Shown here piece after piece: positions 41,901 through 51,818 of a stretch of 64,000 nt of DNA. The DNA is from Candidatus Buchananbacteria bacterium. Its GTDB lineage: Bacteria > Patescibacteriota > Patescibacteriia > 2-01-FULL-39-33 > JBAYJR01. Below the pieces are notes generated by a model. The model made no database searches. It was not told where the DNA came from and saw only the letters and a program-made list of their open reading frames with translations. The DNA lies in contig JBAYJR010000008.1 in assembly GCA_041665005.1 (NCBI GenBank), positions 1,423-65,422 on the forward strand. The letters are read 5' to 3'. The stretch's first letter is position 1. Each line of letters starts with the position of its first letter. The position numbers and the translations under genes are program-made.

Positions 41901-44900
41901 GCAACGATTCCAAATATCCACTTGGCAGTTAGTGCCGGCCGTGCCATTACCATTGTTATCGGGATTAACCGGACTGACGTCGGAATCATAACCATTTTTT
42001 AAATAATCACTACTATGACTGATGGCGTAGCTATCGCGATTATTAAACAGCACGCAACCTAGGCCCGGATTAACCACACCGTTACAAGACTTAGCATCTA
42101 AATTATCCGCCAGAGTGTAGTAAGGATTATTTTCTACCAACCTTATTTCGGCTATCGCAAAACTGCTTTGTGTTGCTTTAATACCCAAAGTTAGTGCTGT
42201 TGCCTGACCAGTATAAACTCGACCACTAAAACTAACAAAATCACTCGGGTTAACCTGATCATTACCTACTACTAAATTGTAAGAATTATAAGCCGGAACC
42301 GCAACTAAAGAACCATCGGGAGAAGATAATTGATTAGCAACCGAACTGGTCACAAAAGTTTCAAATCTACCGCCTTCCCCAGCCAAAACCAATTTTACTT
42401 TAGCGGACAAAGTATATAAAGTATTAGCTTTAACTTTTAAACCACTGCCAGTAATCACATAAGTATTGCCAGAATTTAAAGCTAATTTACCAGCGCTATC
42501 ACTATAAGAAATTTCCGCCCCCGCTGCGGTTTTCCAACCACTAATATAATCTTGCCCCGCGGCCGTATATTTTTGACTAAAATCAGCGTTAAATACTAAA
42601 TTGGAACCATTAATTCCCGCTGGCTCAATTAATTCAGTGCAAGAATTTTGACTGGCCGGACATAACCCCGCGTAGCCGCCGGGTGAGGCAATAGTCGTTA
42701 AATCCACTGGTTGAGTCACTGGCGATTCAGAATAACCAACCGTATAAAGTGGCGAGGCGGAATAATTTGGACAGGGAATTAACACTTCACTACCCGCCGA
42801 ATTTTTACTGCGCACATACCAAGCCGGAGTAGTTAAACCGGCCTTAGTGATATATTCACAAGCCCGACCATTCACCGGGCCAGTGGTGGTGGCGGTATTT
42901 AACGGATTGCGGAAAAAGTAAGTATTATCATTGGCGGTAAATTTATCGCAACGGAAATAAGGATCTGAACAAAATACTTGCGTAGGACTATTCAAATCTA
43001 AAATTTTATAAGTGGTGCTATAAGTATTGACAACTGGGGCCGTCCAATCGGTTTGGTAATCTTTTTGCCCCACCGCCTGGCAACCCACCGCTTCGGCCGT
43101 GCAATATTTTTTACTGTCATTAACCCAATAAGAGATTGTATCCGCCGGCGCATGATAAATATAGGCCGAATCATTCCCGTTAGACAAATTTAAAGTTTGC
43201 GCTTCGGGCGAATTGGTGTTGGCGGTATCAATCAAGGCTTCACAACCCGCGGCATCAGCCGGACATAATTCACTAAACTGCCGGAAATACCAATTAACCT
43301 TATCAACATCTTGATATTGTTGACACCCCGCCATATAACCGGTAACGCAACGGGAAGGCGTACCTTCTGTTCCCCCGCAAGCGGCGCCCACCTGATCATC
43401 CAAAATATTATCGCAAGCCACCGGCACGTTCCAAGAATTTTTTATTAAATAAGTATTGCTACGAATCAACTTGATTAAAATATTATCTAAATACCAACCA
43501 GCGCTGGTAATTTTTAAAGCGGTGGTTAAATCACCAGTCACCGTCGCTGGCAAGGTGAAATTATTTTTATAAACTCCCCACTGCGTAGTTGATAAAGTAC
43601 TGCCAGTACCACTGATAGGATAAATTTGATAATCAATACCGGATAATTGCAAAGTCGGCTTAACATTGGCGTTGTAGGCTTTGGCAATAAAACTGATTTC
43701 ATATTCTTGACCGGATTGTAATACAAAATTACCCGAAGTAACATTACTAGCAATTATTTTTAAACTATGTCCACCAGCATAACTGGCTTCGGAGCTAACA
43801 TTAAAGCTACCAGTTGCTCCCGACCAAACCGGATTATTTTCAAAAGTATCTAAAAATATTTGTTTAGTATTATTGCCACTATTGCCTAAATATTGACGGC
43901 AACCGGCTAAATTAGCAGCACACTGATTACCTTCATTAGGCACCGCATAATACAAACACTCACTGCCATTCCACCAACCGGCCACACCTACCCAAGTACC
44001 GGCGGCATTTACACCACTACAATCTTGCTCGGCCGTGTTACCATTTTGCGGGTTTTGATTGTAATTATTGGTAGTGCGGCGATAAGGATGACAGTTTTCT
44101 GAAGAAGTAACCGTTAATGATAATTTACGTTTGTAATTAGCTCCACGCGTATCAAAAAATTCTCGGCAATCGCTGTCGGTAGCCGGGTCACAACTGTCCG
44201 TTGAATAAGTGGCTATTTCGTTACAAGCCGTCACGCTGGGTGAGCTGTAAGTTAAATGTGTGCACGGCGGATAACTGGTAATACCACTAGCCTTATCAGC
44301 CACGGCGGTATCGCTTTTTCTTAATTGATAAGTTTTTAATTGATAACCAGTAGTATCCGAACCTTCCCAAGTATAATAAGTACCCTCTGTAGCGGCGTTA
44401 GGTTGTTGACATAATTTTAACTTAGAATAATATTCTTTGCCTTCGCCGCCCCTAGCTTGTTCATCAACATTAGTAAATTCTTCACAACCAGCCGCTTCGG
44501 CCGTACAAGTTTTACCGTTATTAATTAAATATTGATTGCTTGGCGCGCTAAAAGTTGTCCCTTGTTCCACATAGTTAGCATAGCCCACACAACTTGCCGG
44601 GCATTGATCAGTACTATGCGTAATAGCCGAAACATCTGGATCACCATTAACCGGCTTATATAATTGACAGCCAATATCTTGCTCGGTGCAGGCGGTGGCA
44701 TAATTTACGCATTGCGCATTATCGTTGCTCTTTTTTAAACTGCCATCAGTATTATAATCATCACAATAATAATAAGCAGGCGGTTTGGTTAAATATAATA
44801 AATTTTTAGTGCCATAATCGGTAACCGCGCTAACCGCTGTTTCGTTACTATTTACTTCTTCCAAAAATATTTGATCTAAATAAATTTTGGCCGTGGCGCT

Positions 44901-47495
44901 GCCGTTGCAATTACTAAAATTAAAATTAATTGTACCTGGATCCGCCCAAGAATTTATTTTAATAGTTTCAGTAGTAAATTTTTGCCAATCAGTAGTAATA
45001 TTTAAAGTCGCTTCGTTATTATATTCTTTAAAAGTCTGGTGGGTTTTATTTTGACCTACTTCATTGTTATATAAAGGAGAAGCACTATCGCCAAAAGATA
45101 AATTTGCATACCAATGACTAGTAGCGTCTTCCGCCTTACCCCAAAAAGACAAACGATAATAATGATTAGGTTTTAAATAAGGCTTAACCAGTTGACTGGT
45201 TAATTGCTGACAACTAGCATCGCCGGTAGGTACCGAACGATTAACCAACGCTAAAACTTTACTGCCAAAAATACCAGTATCTCCTTGGGGTATATCAGCT
45301 GTATTGATTACATCGGCAAAAACCGAACCATTAAAAATTTCCCAAGCCTTGGGGTTATTAATATTTACCGTTGAGCCTTCGGTTTGTGCCCAAACGACCG
45401 AATTAACCCCCTCTTCAAAACTATTGTTAGCAATTAAATTAGTGCCTAAACTAGGTTTTAAACGAATAAATTTAGAACAACCCGCTTGGGCACTGGTACA
45501 AGCTTGCGCATCATTATCTAAATAATAAATTGCATTATAACTTTGACCACCAGACACGGAAATATTGGCTTGCCACAGGCCATTAGCTTGCCACACGCTA
45601 TAAGGTCGGCAACCGGCTACGCCATTAGTACCATAACCGTCACCAACCGCACAAGACCAAGACACAGAATTTTTTAAATAAGAAACTGTTTGGCCATTTG
45701 AATTTTGAAAAGTTTGACAACTGTTATAGACCGGGCTACAACTACTATTTTTACCAAAATCATAAGTCCGACGTTCTTCGGTGCAATAACCATAAAATTT
45801 ACAAGAGCCATCTTCATTTTCCACAATGCAACTCTGCTCATCCGCGCAATAATCTTCGCGCGATAAAGATAAAGAAGAGGGCGTGTCGCCGTTATCATCA
45901 TAATCGCCATCGGCGTTAGCATCCGTGCCACTGTTGACCGAGCTACTAGAAACTTTTGGCCCCGGACCTTCTTTACGGCAATAGGCTTCTGGCGCTTTTA
46001 ACACCCAATTGGGGTCCACCAAGCCTTTGAGTGGCAATAAATCCGCATTACCATAATATTTACTGGCCGGATCATTAACTCCTACTACTTGTTCTAAACT
46101 AAAATTTTGGCCGGCAAAATCCCGAATGTATTGGGCCGCTACTTCCCAGCCCACCGGTAAAATTCGATATTTACGTAAAATTAAAAAACTACGATAAGGA
46201 TAACCATTTTTATAATCTGGCTCTTTGCCGGCGGTGCCCTGCGTGGCTTCAAAACCAAAGGCCTTTTTACCGTCCAGCCAACCTTCAGCCATGGCCTGCT
46301 TAACCGTCAAACCCTTTTCAATACCAAACCGGAATTTTTCATCAATGACGCAATCAGTTGGCCCGGGATTAGAAGAATCCGGACAAGCCGTTAATTTATT
46401 CAAAATGTCATAAGGCCCGCCAACAATCGGCGAGACATCACGCAGACTAGCAAAGCGAGTTTTGGCGGCTGCTTGACCACTGCTAGCAGAACCAGATTCG
46501 TAATTATAAACTGTAGACGAAGAATCGCTGTCGTCATTATTCCAATATAAACCGTTAATTAAATTTTGTAAGACCTGACCAATCAAAGTATTGGTAAAAA
46601 CCGCAATCGCATCGGCCACCGGTTCCCCCACCCAACTTTTTTCTCGCACCGTAGCATCAGTAATCATCCCCTTAAAAAAGAATTCCGCCACCGCTGCCCC
46701 AGGAGTTTTAATTTTGTCATCTTTAGTTTTAATATCCTTAAAACCTAAATTTTGTATTTTTTCTAAAATTGCCAACTGTTCAATCTTATCCTGAGTTTTA
46801 AACATTACTTCTTTTAAATCCAAATACAAACTCAGGTCATTTTCTGATTTTAAAACCGTGGCTAATTTTGGTAAATATTGTTCGTCTTTAATCGCATCAT
46901 CCCAATTACTAATCATTTTTGATATTTTGCAACGACTGGAATAAGTAGTCGGCTTGGTCAAACCTAAGCCCACCATAATATTTATTTGAGTTTTTAAACT
47001 AGGGGCGCAAATATCCAAACTAAACAAGGTGGTGCCATTTTGTTTAATGGTAAATTTACCGGCCGTAAATTCACCGCCGCCGCTATTCCAGGCCACGCTT
47101 AATTTGTCTAAAAAAGTTCCCGCTAAATTATCCGCCGCATCCGTTAAATAACTAGTCCAACCCTTGGTCACAAATAATGGCTCTTGACCTTCCCCACCCG
47201 AAGCAATCCAAGTGGCGGTGTCGTAAGCAATTTGATTTAAAAAATTACCCAAAGCAGTCTTAAAAGCAATCTTAGCCGCTTTGGTTAAACTGTCTTTGAG
47301 AGTTTGTTTCGTGGCGGCGGTAGTTCTTGGTATATCCGAAACAACTTTAATTGGAACACCAGGCACCACGTTAGTCGCAGATTCAGGAACTAGCCCTGCC
47401 CCTTGCGCCAAAACTAACAACGGTGAAACTAACAAAACTAGACTAAAAAAGATTAAGGCTGATTTTTGAAAAATATTTTTAGTTTTTACCGGCAT
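38907..47495 (-). CDS. Giant secreted Cys-rich protein (2862 aa) with CBM-like and PKD-like modules
   Basis: Signal peptide; recurring C..(E/Q)..GC motifs; NLIANNSFE, NLVFNADF, VPNGDF starts; YKVNWGDGT. Confidence 0.85.
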   Translation of the reverse strand: MPVKTKNIFQKSALIFFSLVLLVSPLLVLAQGAGLVPESATNVVPGVPIKVVSDIPRTTAATKQTLKDSLTKAAKIAFKTALGNFLNQIAYDTATWIASGGEGQEPLFVTKGWTSYLTDAADNLAGTFLDKLSVAWNSGGGEFTAGKFTIKQNGTTLFSLDICAPSLKTQINIMVGLGLTKPTTYSSRCKISKMISNWDDAIKDEQYLPKLATVLKSENDLSLYLDLKEVMFKTQDKIEQLAILEKIQNLGFKDIKTKDDKIKTPGAAVAEFFFKGMITDATVREKSWVGEPVADAIAVFTNTLIGQVLQNLINGLYWNNDDSDSSSTVYNYESGSASSGQAAAKTRFASLRDVSPIVGGPYDILNKLTACPDSSNPGPTDCVIDEKFRFGIEKGLTVKQAMAEGWLDGKKAFGFEATQGTAGKEPDYKNGYPYRSFLILRKYRILPVGWEVAAQYIRDFAGQNFSLEQVVGVNDPASKYYGNADLLPLKGLVDPNWVLKAPEAYCRKEGPGPKVSSSSVNSGTDANADGDYDDNGDTPSSLSLSREDYCADEQSCIVENEDGSCKFYGYCTEERRTYDFGKNSSCSPVYNSCQTFQNSNGQTVSYLKNSVSWSCAVGDGYGTNGVAGCRPYSVWQANGLWQANISVSGGQSYNAIYYLDNDAQACTSAQAGCSKFIRLKPSLGTNLIANNSFEEGVNSVVWAQTEGSTVNINNPKAWEIFNGSVFADVINTADIPQGDTGIFGSKVLALVNRSVPTGDASCQQLTSQLVKPYLKPNHYYRLSFWGKAEDATSHWYANLSFGDSASPLYNNEVGQNKTHQTFKEYNNEATLNITTDWQKFTTETIKINSWADPGTINFNFSNCNGSATAKIYLDQIFLEEVNSNETAVSAVTDYGTKNLLYLTKPPAYYYCDDYNTDGSLKKSNDNAQCVNYATACTEQDIGCQLYKPVNGDPDVSAITHSTDQCPASCVGYANYVEQGTTFSAPSNQYLINNGKTCTAEAAGCEEFTNVDEQARGGEGKEYYSKLKLCQQPNAATEGTYYTWEGSDTTGYQLKTYQLRKSDTAVADKASGITSYPPCTHLTYSSPSVTACNEIATYSTDSCDPATDSDCREFFDTRGANYKRKLSLTVTSSENCHPYRRTTNNYNQNPQNGNTAEQDCSGVNAAGTWVGVAGWWNGSECLYYAVPNEGNQCAANLAGCRQYLGNSGNNTKQIFLDTFENNPVWSGATGSFNVSSEASYAGGHSLKIIASNVTSGNFVLQSGQEYEISFIAKAYNANVKPTLQLSGIDYQIYPISGTGSTLSTTQWGVYKNNFTLPATVTGDLTTALKITSAGWYLDNILIKLIRSNTYLIKNSWNVPVACDNILDDQVGAACGGTEGTPSRCVTGYMAGCQQYQDVDKVNWYFRQFSELCPADAAGCEALIDTANTNSPEAQTLNLSNGNDSAYIYHAPADTISYWVNDSKKYCTAEAVGCQAVGQKDYQTDWTAPVVNTYSTTYKILDLNSPTQVFCSDPYFRCDKFTANDNTYFFRNPLNTATTTGPVNGRACEYITKAGLTTPAWYVRSKNSAGSEVLIPCPNYSASPLYTVGYSESPVTQPVDLTTIASPGGYAGLCPASQNSCTELIEPAGINGSNLVFNADFSQKYTAAGQDYISGWKTAAGAEISYSDSAGKLALNSGNTYVITGSGLKVKANTLYTLSAKVKLVLAGEGGRFETFVTSSVANQLSSPDGSLVAVPAYNSYNLVVGNDQVNPSDFVSFSGRVYTGQATALTLGIKATQSSFAIAEIRLVENNPYYTLADNLDAKSCNGVVNPGLGCVLFNNRDSYAISHSSDYLKNGYDSDVSPVNPDNNGNGTAGTNCQVDIWNRCDSNTILKVTPDRVCNTWLYCKTSIASNDGTSNIGTANRNKDVCLDLGLCKAVDEKGNCSQVLNQEVAELNYNPTQPGLVANLSGYTKVGYQSKFTGDFPFAQMTQVGESTEVPNGDFTDLQDDGQPRGWLPLSSDTCSNKASQICYDSWVCDDHIAPKEYKQNWCNASTLGSWNTKYFKAITNPSDLITEGITSPNNKPVLKVNYGDYEKGEAVIVESELIDVFPDSEYVVSGYINTLNLNPATAQAVVQVWELKNNGTKVYLNQDATTNPRISPSSEQVWLLDQTFNDGATNTFGMNSRGAYSVYYLMARKDWTPFTVRIKTSANTTQLRLELSNFNPAVSTGVVAEGSGSSYFANLRLKPALKINGKSILATDCRLYPEDSALSCDYTNTATNVTYRGQKGYCLQYDSKNTKICLQWWPIDLPKGELTGSYGGYSGRSPLYYCAAGTLLQKRFEGIIATASWNEGGDNPNNCSGVASKYGTTAWYQAYDNSDATKYYYLSVDGYEPYFGYASDVQKISTDSDVCLAFVYNNQDEVYTDNNGQKYYGYSVISKDATSGSLPFRSGQHVLCDGDANHVYNVDLTSATCAAGTEVVLTGKILFYRSQLLTVAGSGECVRALKCTEASGYNCCQTNSKTISDPPVTAASFCTDIIQTVTPNGQNKAWLGRVSSGSGYKTAVQNFSQNDDYAPFASILAPSPDYNPTDWSLLPVDIAGDPSSTYSGKAHAGEFYSCDNEYGGCGNVGFDRAGNWSINGYNVDPSNFVEGSYATIDSATISLKRLFAQAYAEWSWNWTDKKYEISNKKLWSVPDEGNLCADTHQRNLTRPPYDATDPDADYCALAPRVTKIKVNGVQTSDVVSLGVGTQTAGLEFNITIDANQWPLTAYKVNWGDGTETAVSGVSLRDSSSSSTPVVLYHTYDYYSMKKNVSLGTGVCSGTTCSAPIAIQVKDNWGWCNGNLNLGSAVLAPFGTSAWGYYQNACSTDTNAWQKGPTVKVSQ

Positions 47496-47509
47496 GTTAA
47501 TAAAATAAA

Positions 47510-48310
47510 TTATTTGACCGTATTAGTATTCGTTTGTTGCTCCGTTAATTTCTGTATAAATACCTGTTTTAACTGCTCGTCCGTATATTTACTTAATAAA
47601 TCCGCACTCGCTCCTTTTTCAATCAACAAGGCCCTAATTTGCGAACCCGTTAAGCTTTGTAGTTGGCTAACACTATTGATATTCAAACCGCTATTGGTAT
47701 TAGCGACTGGAACAGTACTGGTATTATTATCTACTTCCCCTAAATTGCTAGGCACTTGCCCCGTGGCAATAGCGCTGGCCATTTGCTGATAAATAGCCAA
47801 AATTTCTGTATCACTTAAAGCATCAACCTGATCTTGCGACACCCCATTTTGTACTAAAAACTGACGAATAGCTTGCGGGTCACTGGCCGAAGGCAAACTG
47901 ACGTTAGACTGACTAGCTGAACCGGTAGCCGCCGTTGCCTCGCCGTTACTAACTTGTGGAATACAGGTTTGACCTTCAGGACAATTTGGATTATGACCGG
48001 ACAAAATCTCTTGTTTATCATTAAAGCCGTCGGAATCCGAATCAGCTAAATAGGGGCTAGTACTATAAACCCTTAATTCTTCATAATCAGTCAAACCATC
48101 GTTATCGGTGTCCTGCTTTTTTAATTGTTCATCAGAAATTGCCGCCACTTGATTTAAATTTTCGGTGGCAGAATTTTTATTAACCGTAGAGCCAACACTG
48201 CTGGCCGTTAAGTTAGCCTTGGTTTGCCAAAAACCAAACACCAAAGTAAAAACACCAAGCACCAAAATGCTATAGGTGATTCTTTTTTCCATCTTTGGGT
48301 TAGCGGGCAT
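47510..48310 (-). CDS. Membrane-anchored protein with TSP3-like Ca-binding repeats
   Basis: DTDNDGLTDYEE...DSDSDGFNDKQE; ATG at 48310. Confidence 0.8.
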   Translation of the reverse strand: MPANPKMEKRITYSILVLGVFTLVFGFWQTKANLTASSVGSTVNKNSATENLNQVAAISDEQLKKQDTDNDGLTDYEELRVYSTSPYLADSDSDGFNDKQEILSGHNPNCPEGQTCIPQVSNGEATAATGSASQSNVSLPSASDPQAIRQFLVQNGVSQDQVDALSDTEILAIYQQMASAIATGQVPSNLGEVDNNTSTVPVANTNSGLNINSVSQLQSLTGSQIRALLIEKGASADLLSKYTDEQLKQVFIQKLTEQQTNTNTVK

Positions 48311-48481
48311 AATTAGCCAAATCGTCAAACTTTAAGACTTTATCCACTATTTTAATTATACTACTTTTTTAATTTTTTTTCCAAGTCGAATTGCTTATAT
48401 TATAACACAAATTAGCTTTAGCAAACAAGTTAATTAATGATTATCAAGCCAAGAATCTATACTCCTCCTCGCAATAACAAA

Positions 48482-49339
48482 TTAATTTGTCTGTTTAAAC
48501 AATTCCAACCAATCCGCCACCGCCAGATCTTGGGGTCGAACCGTTGGCGCTAAACCGGCGGCTGTCAACCAGGCTTTAGTTTGAGTTGAGTCTATTTTCC
48601 AACCCGCCGCTAAGTTGTTATGCAATTGCTTGCGCCTAGCCGAAAAACCAACCTTAACTAAATGAAAAAATTTTTTTTCATCAACCTGCGGACTAGCCCT
48701 TTTTACTTTTAATCTAACAATTGCACTATCTACTTTTGGTTCCGGCCAAAAGCAACTAGCCTTGACATAATCAATTATTTCCGGCTCCGCGTAAAATTGC
48801 GTCGCTACTGATAAAATACTCATCCCCTCGCCGGCACTACTACGCGGTTTGGCACACAACCGTTGCGCCACTTCTTTTTGCACTAACAACACCATTAGTT
48901 GAGGCTTGGGCTGATAGGCTAAAAATTTTTCAATCACCGCCGAAGTAATATGATAAGGTAAATTAGCCACAATTTTATAGGGTTGCCCCAAGGGCAATTC
49001 TAGCTTTTGCGTAATTTCTTCATTTTTCAAACGTAAAATATCTTGCGAACAAATAAGTAATCGCTCCTTATTGCTAAGTTCGGCTGATTGCTGCAAATAT
49101 TTTGCCAACCGAACATCGGCTTCGACCGCTAAAACTTTTTTCGTTCCCGCCAGCAAATGACCGGTCAGAAAACCCCAACCCGAACCAATTTCTAAAACAT
49201 AATCTTCGGCCGTCAGCTCCGCCGCTGTAATAATCTTTTCATAAATATTTTCGGCAATCAAAAAATTTTGCGACAAACCCTTGTTGGGTCGCGCCTGATA
49301 AATTTTACTAAGATATTTAGCTTGAGCAATTAAAGACAC
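48482..49339 (-). CDS. rsmA: 16S rRNA dimethyladenosine transferase
   Basis: SQNFL, LEIGSGWG, VANLPY, PKVDS; GTG start at 49339 avoids overlap with the MFS gene. Confidence 0.93.
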   Translation of the reverse strand: MSLIAQAKYLSKIYQARPNKGLSQNFLIAENIYEKIITAAELTAEDYVLEIGSGWGFLTGHLLAGTKKVLAVEADVRLAKYLQQSAELSNKERLLICSQDILRLKNEEITQKLELPLGQPYKIVANLPYHITSAVIEKFLAYQPKPQLMVLLVQKEVAQRLCAKPRSSAGEGMSILSVATQFYAEPEIIDYVKASCFWPEPKVDSAIVRLKVKRASPQVDEKKFFHLVKVGFSARRKQLHNNLAAGWKIDSTQTKAWLTAAGLAPTVRPQDLAVADWLELFKQTN

Positions 49340-49350
49340 AAATTTTTTAT

Positions 49351-50511
49351 TTATAACAAAGAATAAAGTAAGGCCATAACCGCCGCCAGACAAAAAATCA
49401 TACTAAAGCCCCCATCAAAAATTGAAATTAAAGCAATGGCTAAAACTGCCACCATAATTTTGCCTAAGACCAAGGAAGCTTCATAAAAAACCACCCCGTG
49501 CATTACACTACCCTGCCGGGAACGTTCATAAATAACTGACACTAACGGAATTGACAAAGAAGCTTTAGAAATTCTAGATAACGCATCCACCAAGAATACC
49601 CCAATGGAAGTGTTGACCGCAATCCGCAACAGCCAGGAAGCCGAACAAAACATCGTGCTAAGTCGCAACACCGAATATTTATCTTTTTTATCTGTGGCCC
49701 GACCAACATAAAAAACCAATAAGGTGGCCACTAAAGTAGATAAGGCTGCTAAGCTACCCACTGACAAATAATCTTTAAAAATAATCACAATAAATACCGG
49801 CCAAATAATCAAGGCGATTAATTCTTCACCATAACCCAAACAAGCTATTAGTTGTCGCCGATTGGCTGGCTTAAACATGGCTTTGTAAGTATCTAAGTAG
49901 GGAAATTTACGAGGAATAAATTTTTCCGGCGTCATTAAGGTTGGAATGTTGGATAAAATAATTAAAAATGACACCACTACAAACAACACTTTAAAACCAG
50001 CCATTTTAATAATCAAACCGCCCATCAAGGGGCCTAAAATATAAACCAACGAATCTAATACCATTAAATTAGAAATTTCGCGACCCTGTTCGTCTTGCAC
50101 GCTATGGTGTGCAAAATTAGCATGATAAGCCGGCCAAAACAAAAATTTTTGGACGACTAGTGCCGGCACCGCTAGAAATAACAAACAAGGATATTGCCCG
50201 GCCCCAAATAAACACAGATAATATAATACTAAAAAAACTGAACCATAAAACATAGTGTGCTCAAAGCCCCGCTGTTGCGCGATATGTGCACCAACCGGTA
50301 CCGTAAAAAAATACAACACATAAACCGCCAACCAAAAAAATAAAATCTGCCTTAAGGAATACCCTAAAGAATAAAGATAGATGGGTTCAAAAATCATAAC
50401 CGCCGAGATGGCAAAATCTAAAATAGCCACCATGGCATACATTTCTCGCACCTCGGAAGTTAGTTTACTGGCTAAATAAGGACGAAACATCCCCGTAAAC
50501 GAATTTTGCAT
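49351..50511 (-). CDS. MFS transporter
   Basis: About 12 TM helices, GPLMGG, GRATDK. Confidence 0.85.
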   Translation of the reverse strand: MQNSFTGMFRPYLASKLTSEVREMYAMVAILDFAISAVMIFEPIYLYSLGYSLRQILFFWLAVYVLYFFTVPVGAHIAQQRGFEHTMFYGSVFLVLYYLCLFGAGQYPCLLFLAVPALVVQKFLFWPAYHANFAHHSVQDEQGREISNLMVLDSLVYILGPLMGGLIIKMAGFKVLFVVVSFLIILSNIPTLMTPEKFIPRKFPYLDTYKAMFKPANRRQLIACLGYGEELIALIIWPVFIVIIFKDYLSVGSLAALSTLVATLLVFYVGRATDKKDKYSVLRLSTMFCSASWLLRIAVNTSIGVFLVDALSRISKASLSIPLVSVIYERSRQGSVMHGVVFYEASLVLGKIMVAVLAIALISIFDGGFSMIFCLAAVMALLYSLL

Positions 50512-50578
50512 AATAAATAATTTAAAATTGAAAAGTCAAAAAAATTAAAGTAAAATTAAAAATTATTAATTTTAATAT

Positions 50579-51193
50579 TTAAATTTTAATTTTAACTACT
50601 CCCTGTCTTAAAATAATAATTAGACTTTTTTTAATTTCCGCTACCGTCGAAGGTTGGTTCCGCCGAGACAGTTTACCGCCATCAATAATTAAATCTGGCT
50701 GGTGGGGCTGATTTTTAAATTGCCCTAAAACCTCTTTGGTATTATAGCATGGTACTTGACCCGAGAGATTGGCCGAGGTTGAAACCAAAGGCTTTTTTAG
50801 AATCCAAGCAAGGCGCTGAGGCAGGCCAAAATTGGGCACCCTAAGCCCTACCTTACCCCGTCTGGCTGTAGCTAATTTCAACCCGGTCTGTTTTACCGGT
50901 AGTACTAAATTAAGCGCCCCGGGCCAGTATTTTTGCGCTAAGCGCAATGCTAGCGGGCTAAATTTAGCATACCGTTTAGCCATCGCTAAATTAGCACAAA
51001 TATTGGGTAACGGCTTAGTTTCTCGTCGTTGCTTAATTAAAAATATTTTTTTAATCCCTTTAGCGTTAGTCGCGTCGCAACCCAAACCATAAACTGTGTC
51101 CGTAGGATAAACAATCGTGCCACCACTATGCAACAAATCAATTATTTTTTTAAGTTGCACCTTAGTAATCTTGTTCTCTTTAATTATCTCCAT
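50579..51193 (-). CDS. L-threonylcarbamoyladenylate synthase (TsaC/Sua5)
   Basis: YPTDTVYGL, K.R...KP, STSANLSG. Confidence 0.93.
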   Translation of the reverse strand: MEIIKENKITKVQLKKIIDLLHSGGTIVYPTDTVYGLGCDATNAKGIKKIFLIKQRRETKPLPNICANLAMAKRYAKFSPLALRLAQKYWPGALNLVLPVKQTGLKLATARRGKVGLRVPNFGLPQRLAWILKKPLVSTSANLSGQVPCYNTKEVLGQFKNQPHQPDLIIDGGKLSRRNQPSTVAEIKKSLIIILRQGVVKIKI

Positions 51194-51265
51194 TTTGCCT
51201 CTTGCTTTTTAAATTTTAAATTGACTCGTGTCACCGGTTTGGCTAAAAATTATTTTTTAAAAAAA

Positions 51266-51775
51266 TTAAGCTTCAATCTTGCTAATAATCTCCCGATATT
51301 CTTTTAGAGTTGCCTTGCCTAAATAGGCCACTCCCATCGCTTCGTAGCGAGGTTGTTTGTAGGCGGAGGTGGAATAAATAGTAATCCCCTTACCCTGTAA
51401 AGCTTCCGCAATCTCAAATCCCTCATCACCGCTGTCGCCGGAAAGATTATGATCTAAAAACAAAACTTTGGGCAGATGTTTATCAACCGCCGCTAAAGCT
51501 TCCTCTACATTATGACATTCGGCAAATACCACTCCTGATTCGTCCCGAAAAGCTCGGGCCAGAGAAGCTAAATAATCGCCCTTATCATCAATAAACAAAG
51601 CCTTGCTTAATTTATTGCGATAATCGGTAGACGTCCGTTCTTCAATGGTGCCCGGCTCTTTTTCAGAAGGAGCTATCCCTGATCCACGCCAATCATCCTC
51701 CTCCTTTTTTTGGTCTATGGTAATTTGTTCTGGTGTTTTTTCAAAAAATTTTTTGCCAAACATATTTCCAAACAT
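51266..51775 (-). CDS. Atypical receiver-domain protein with charged N-terminal extension
   Basis: LFIDD, LFLDHNL, GFEIA, STS, GK. Confidence 0.7.
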   Translation of the reverse strand: MFGNMFGKKFFEKTPEQITIDQKKEEDDWRGSGIAPSEKEPGTIEERTSTDYRNKLSKALFIDDKGDYLASLARAFRDESGVVFAECHNVEEALAAVDKHLPKVLFLDHNLSGDSGDEGFEIAEALQGKGITIYSTSAYKQPRYEAMGVAYLGKATLKEYREIISKIEA

Positions 51776-51818
51776 ATTTTTTTAGTTACCCCGTTAGGGA
51801 TTAATAATTAATTAACTT

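Noticed and set aside
29318-48310. Integrative conjugative element inserted at tRNA-Ser
   Set aside because: No integrase or relaxase and no distal att repeat noticed; the tRNA duplications are local to the GIY-YIG genes.
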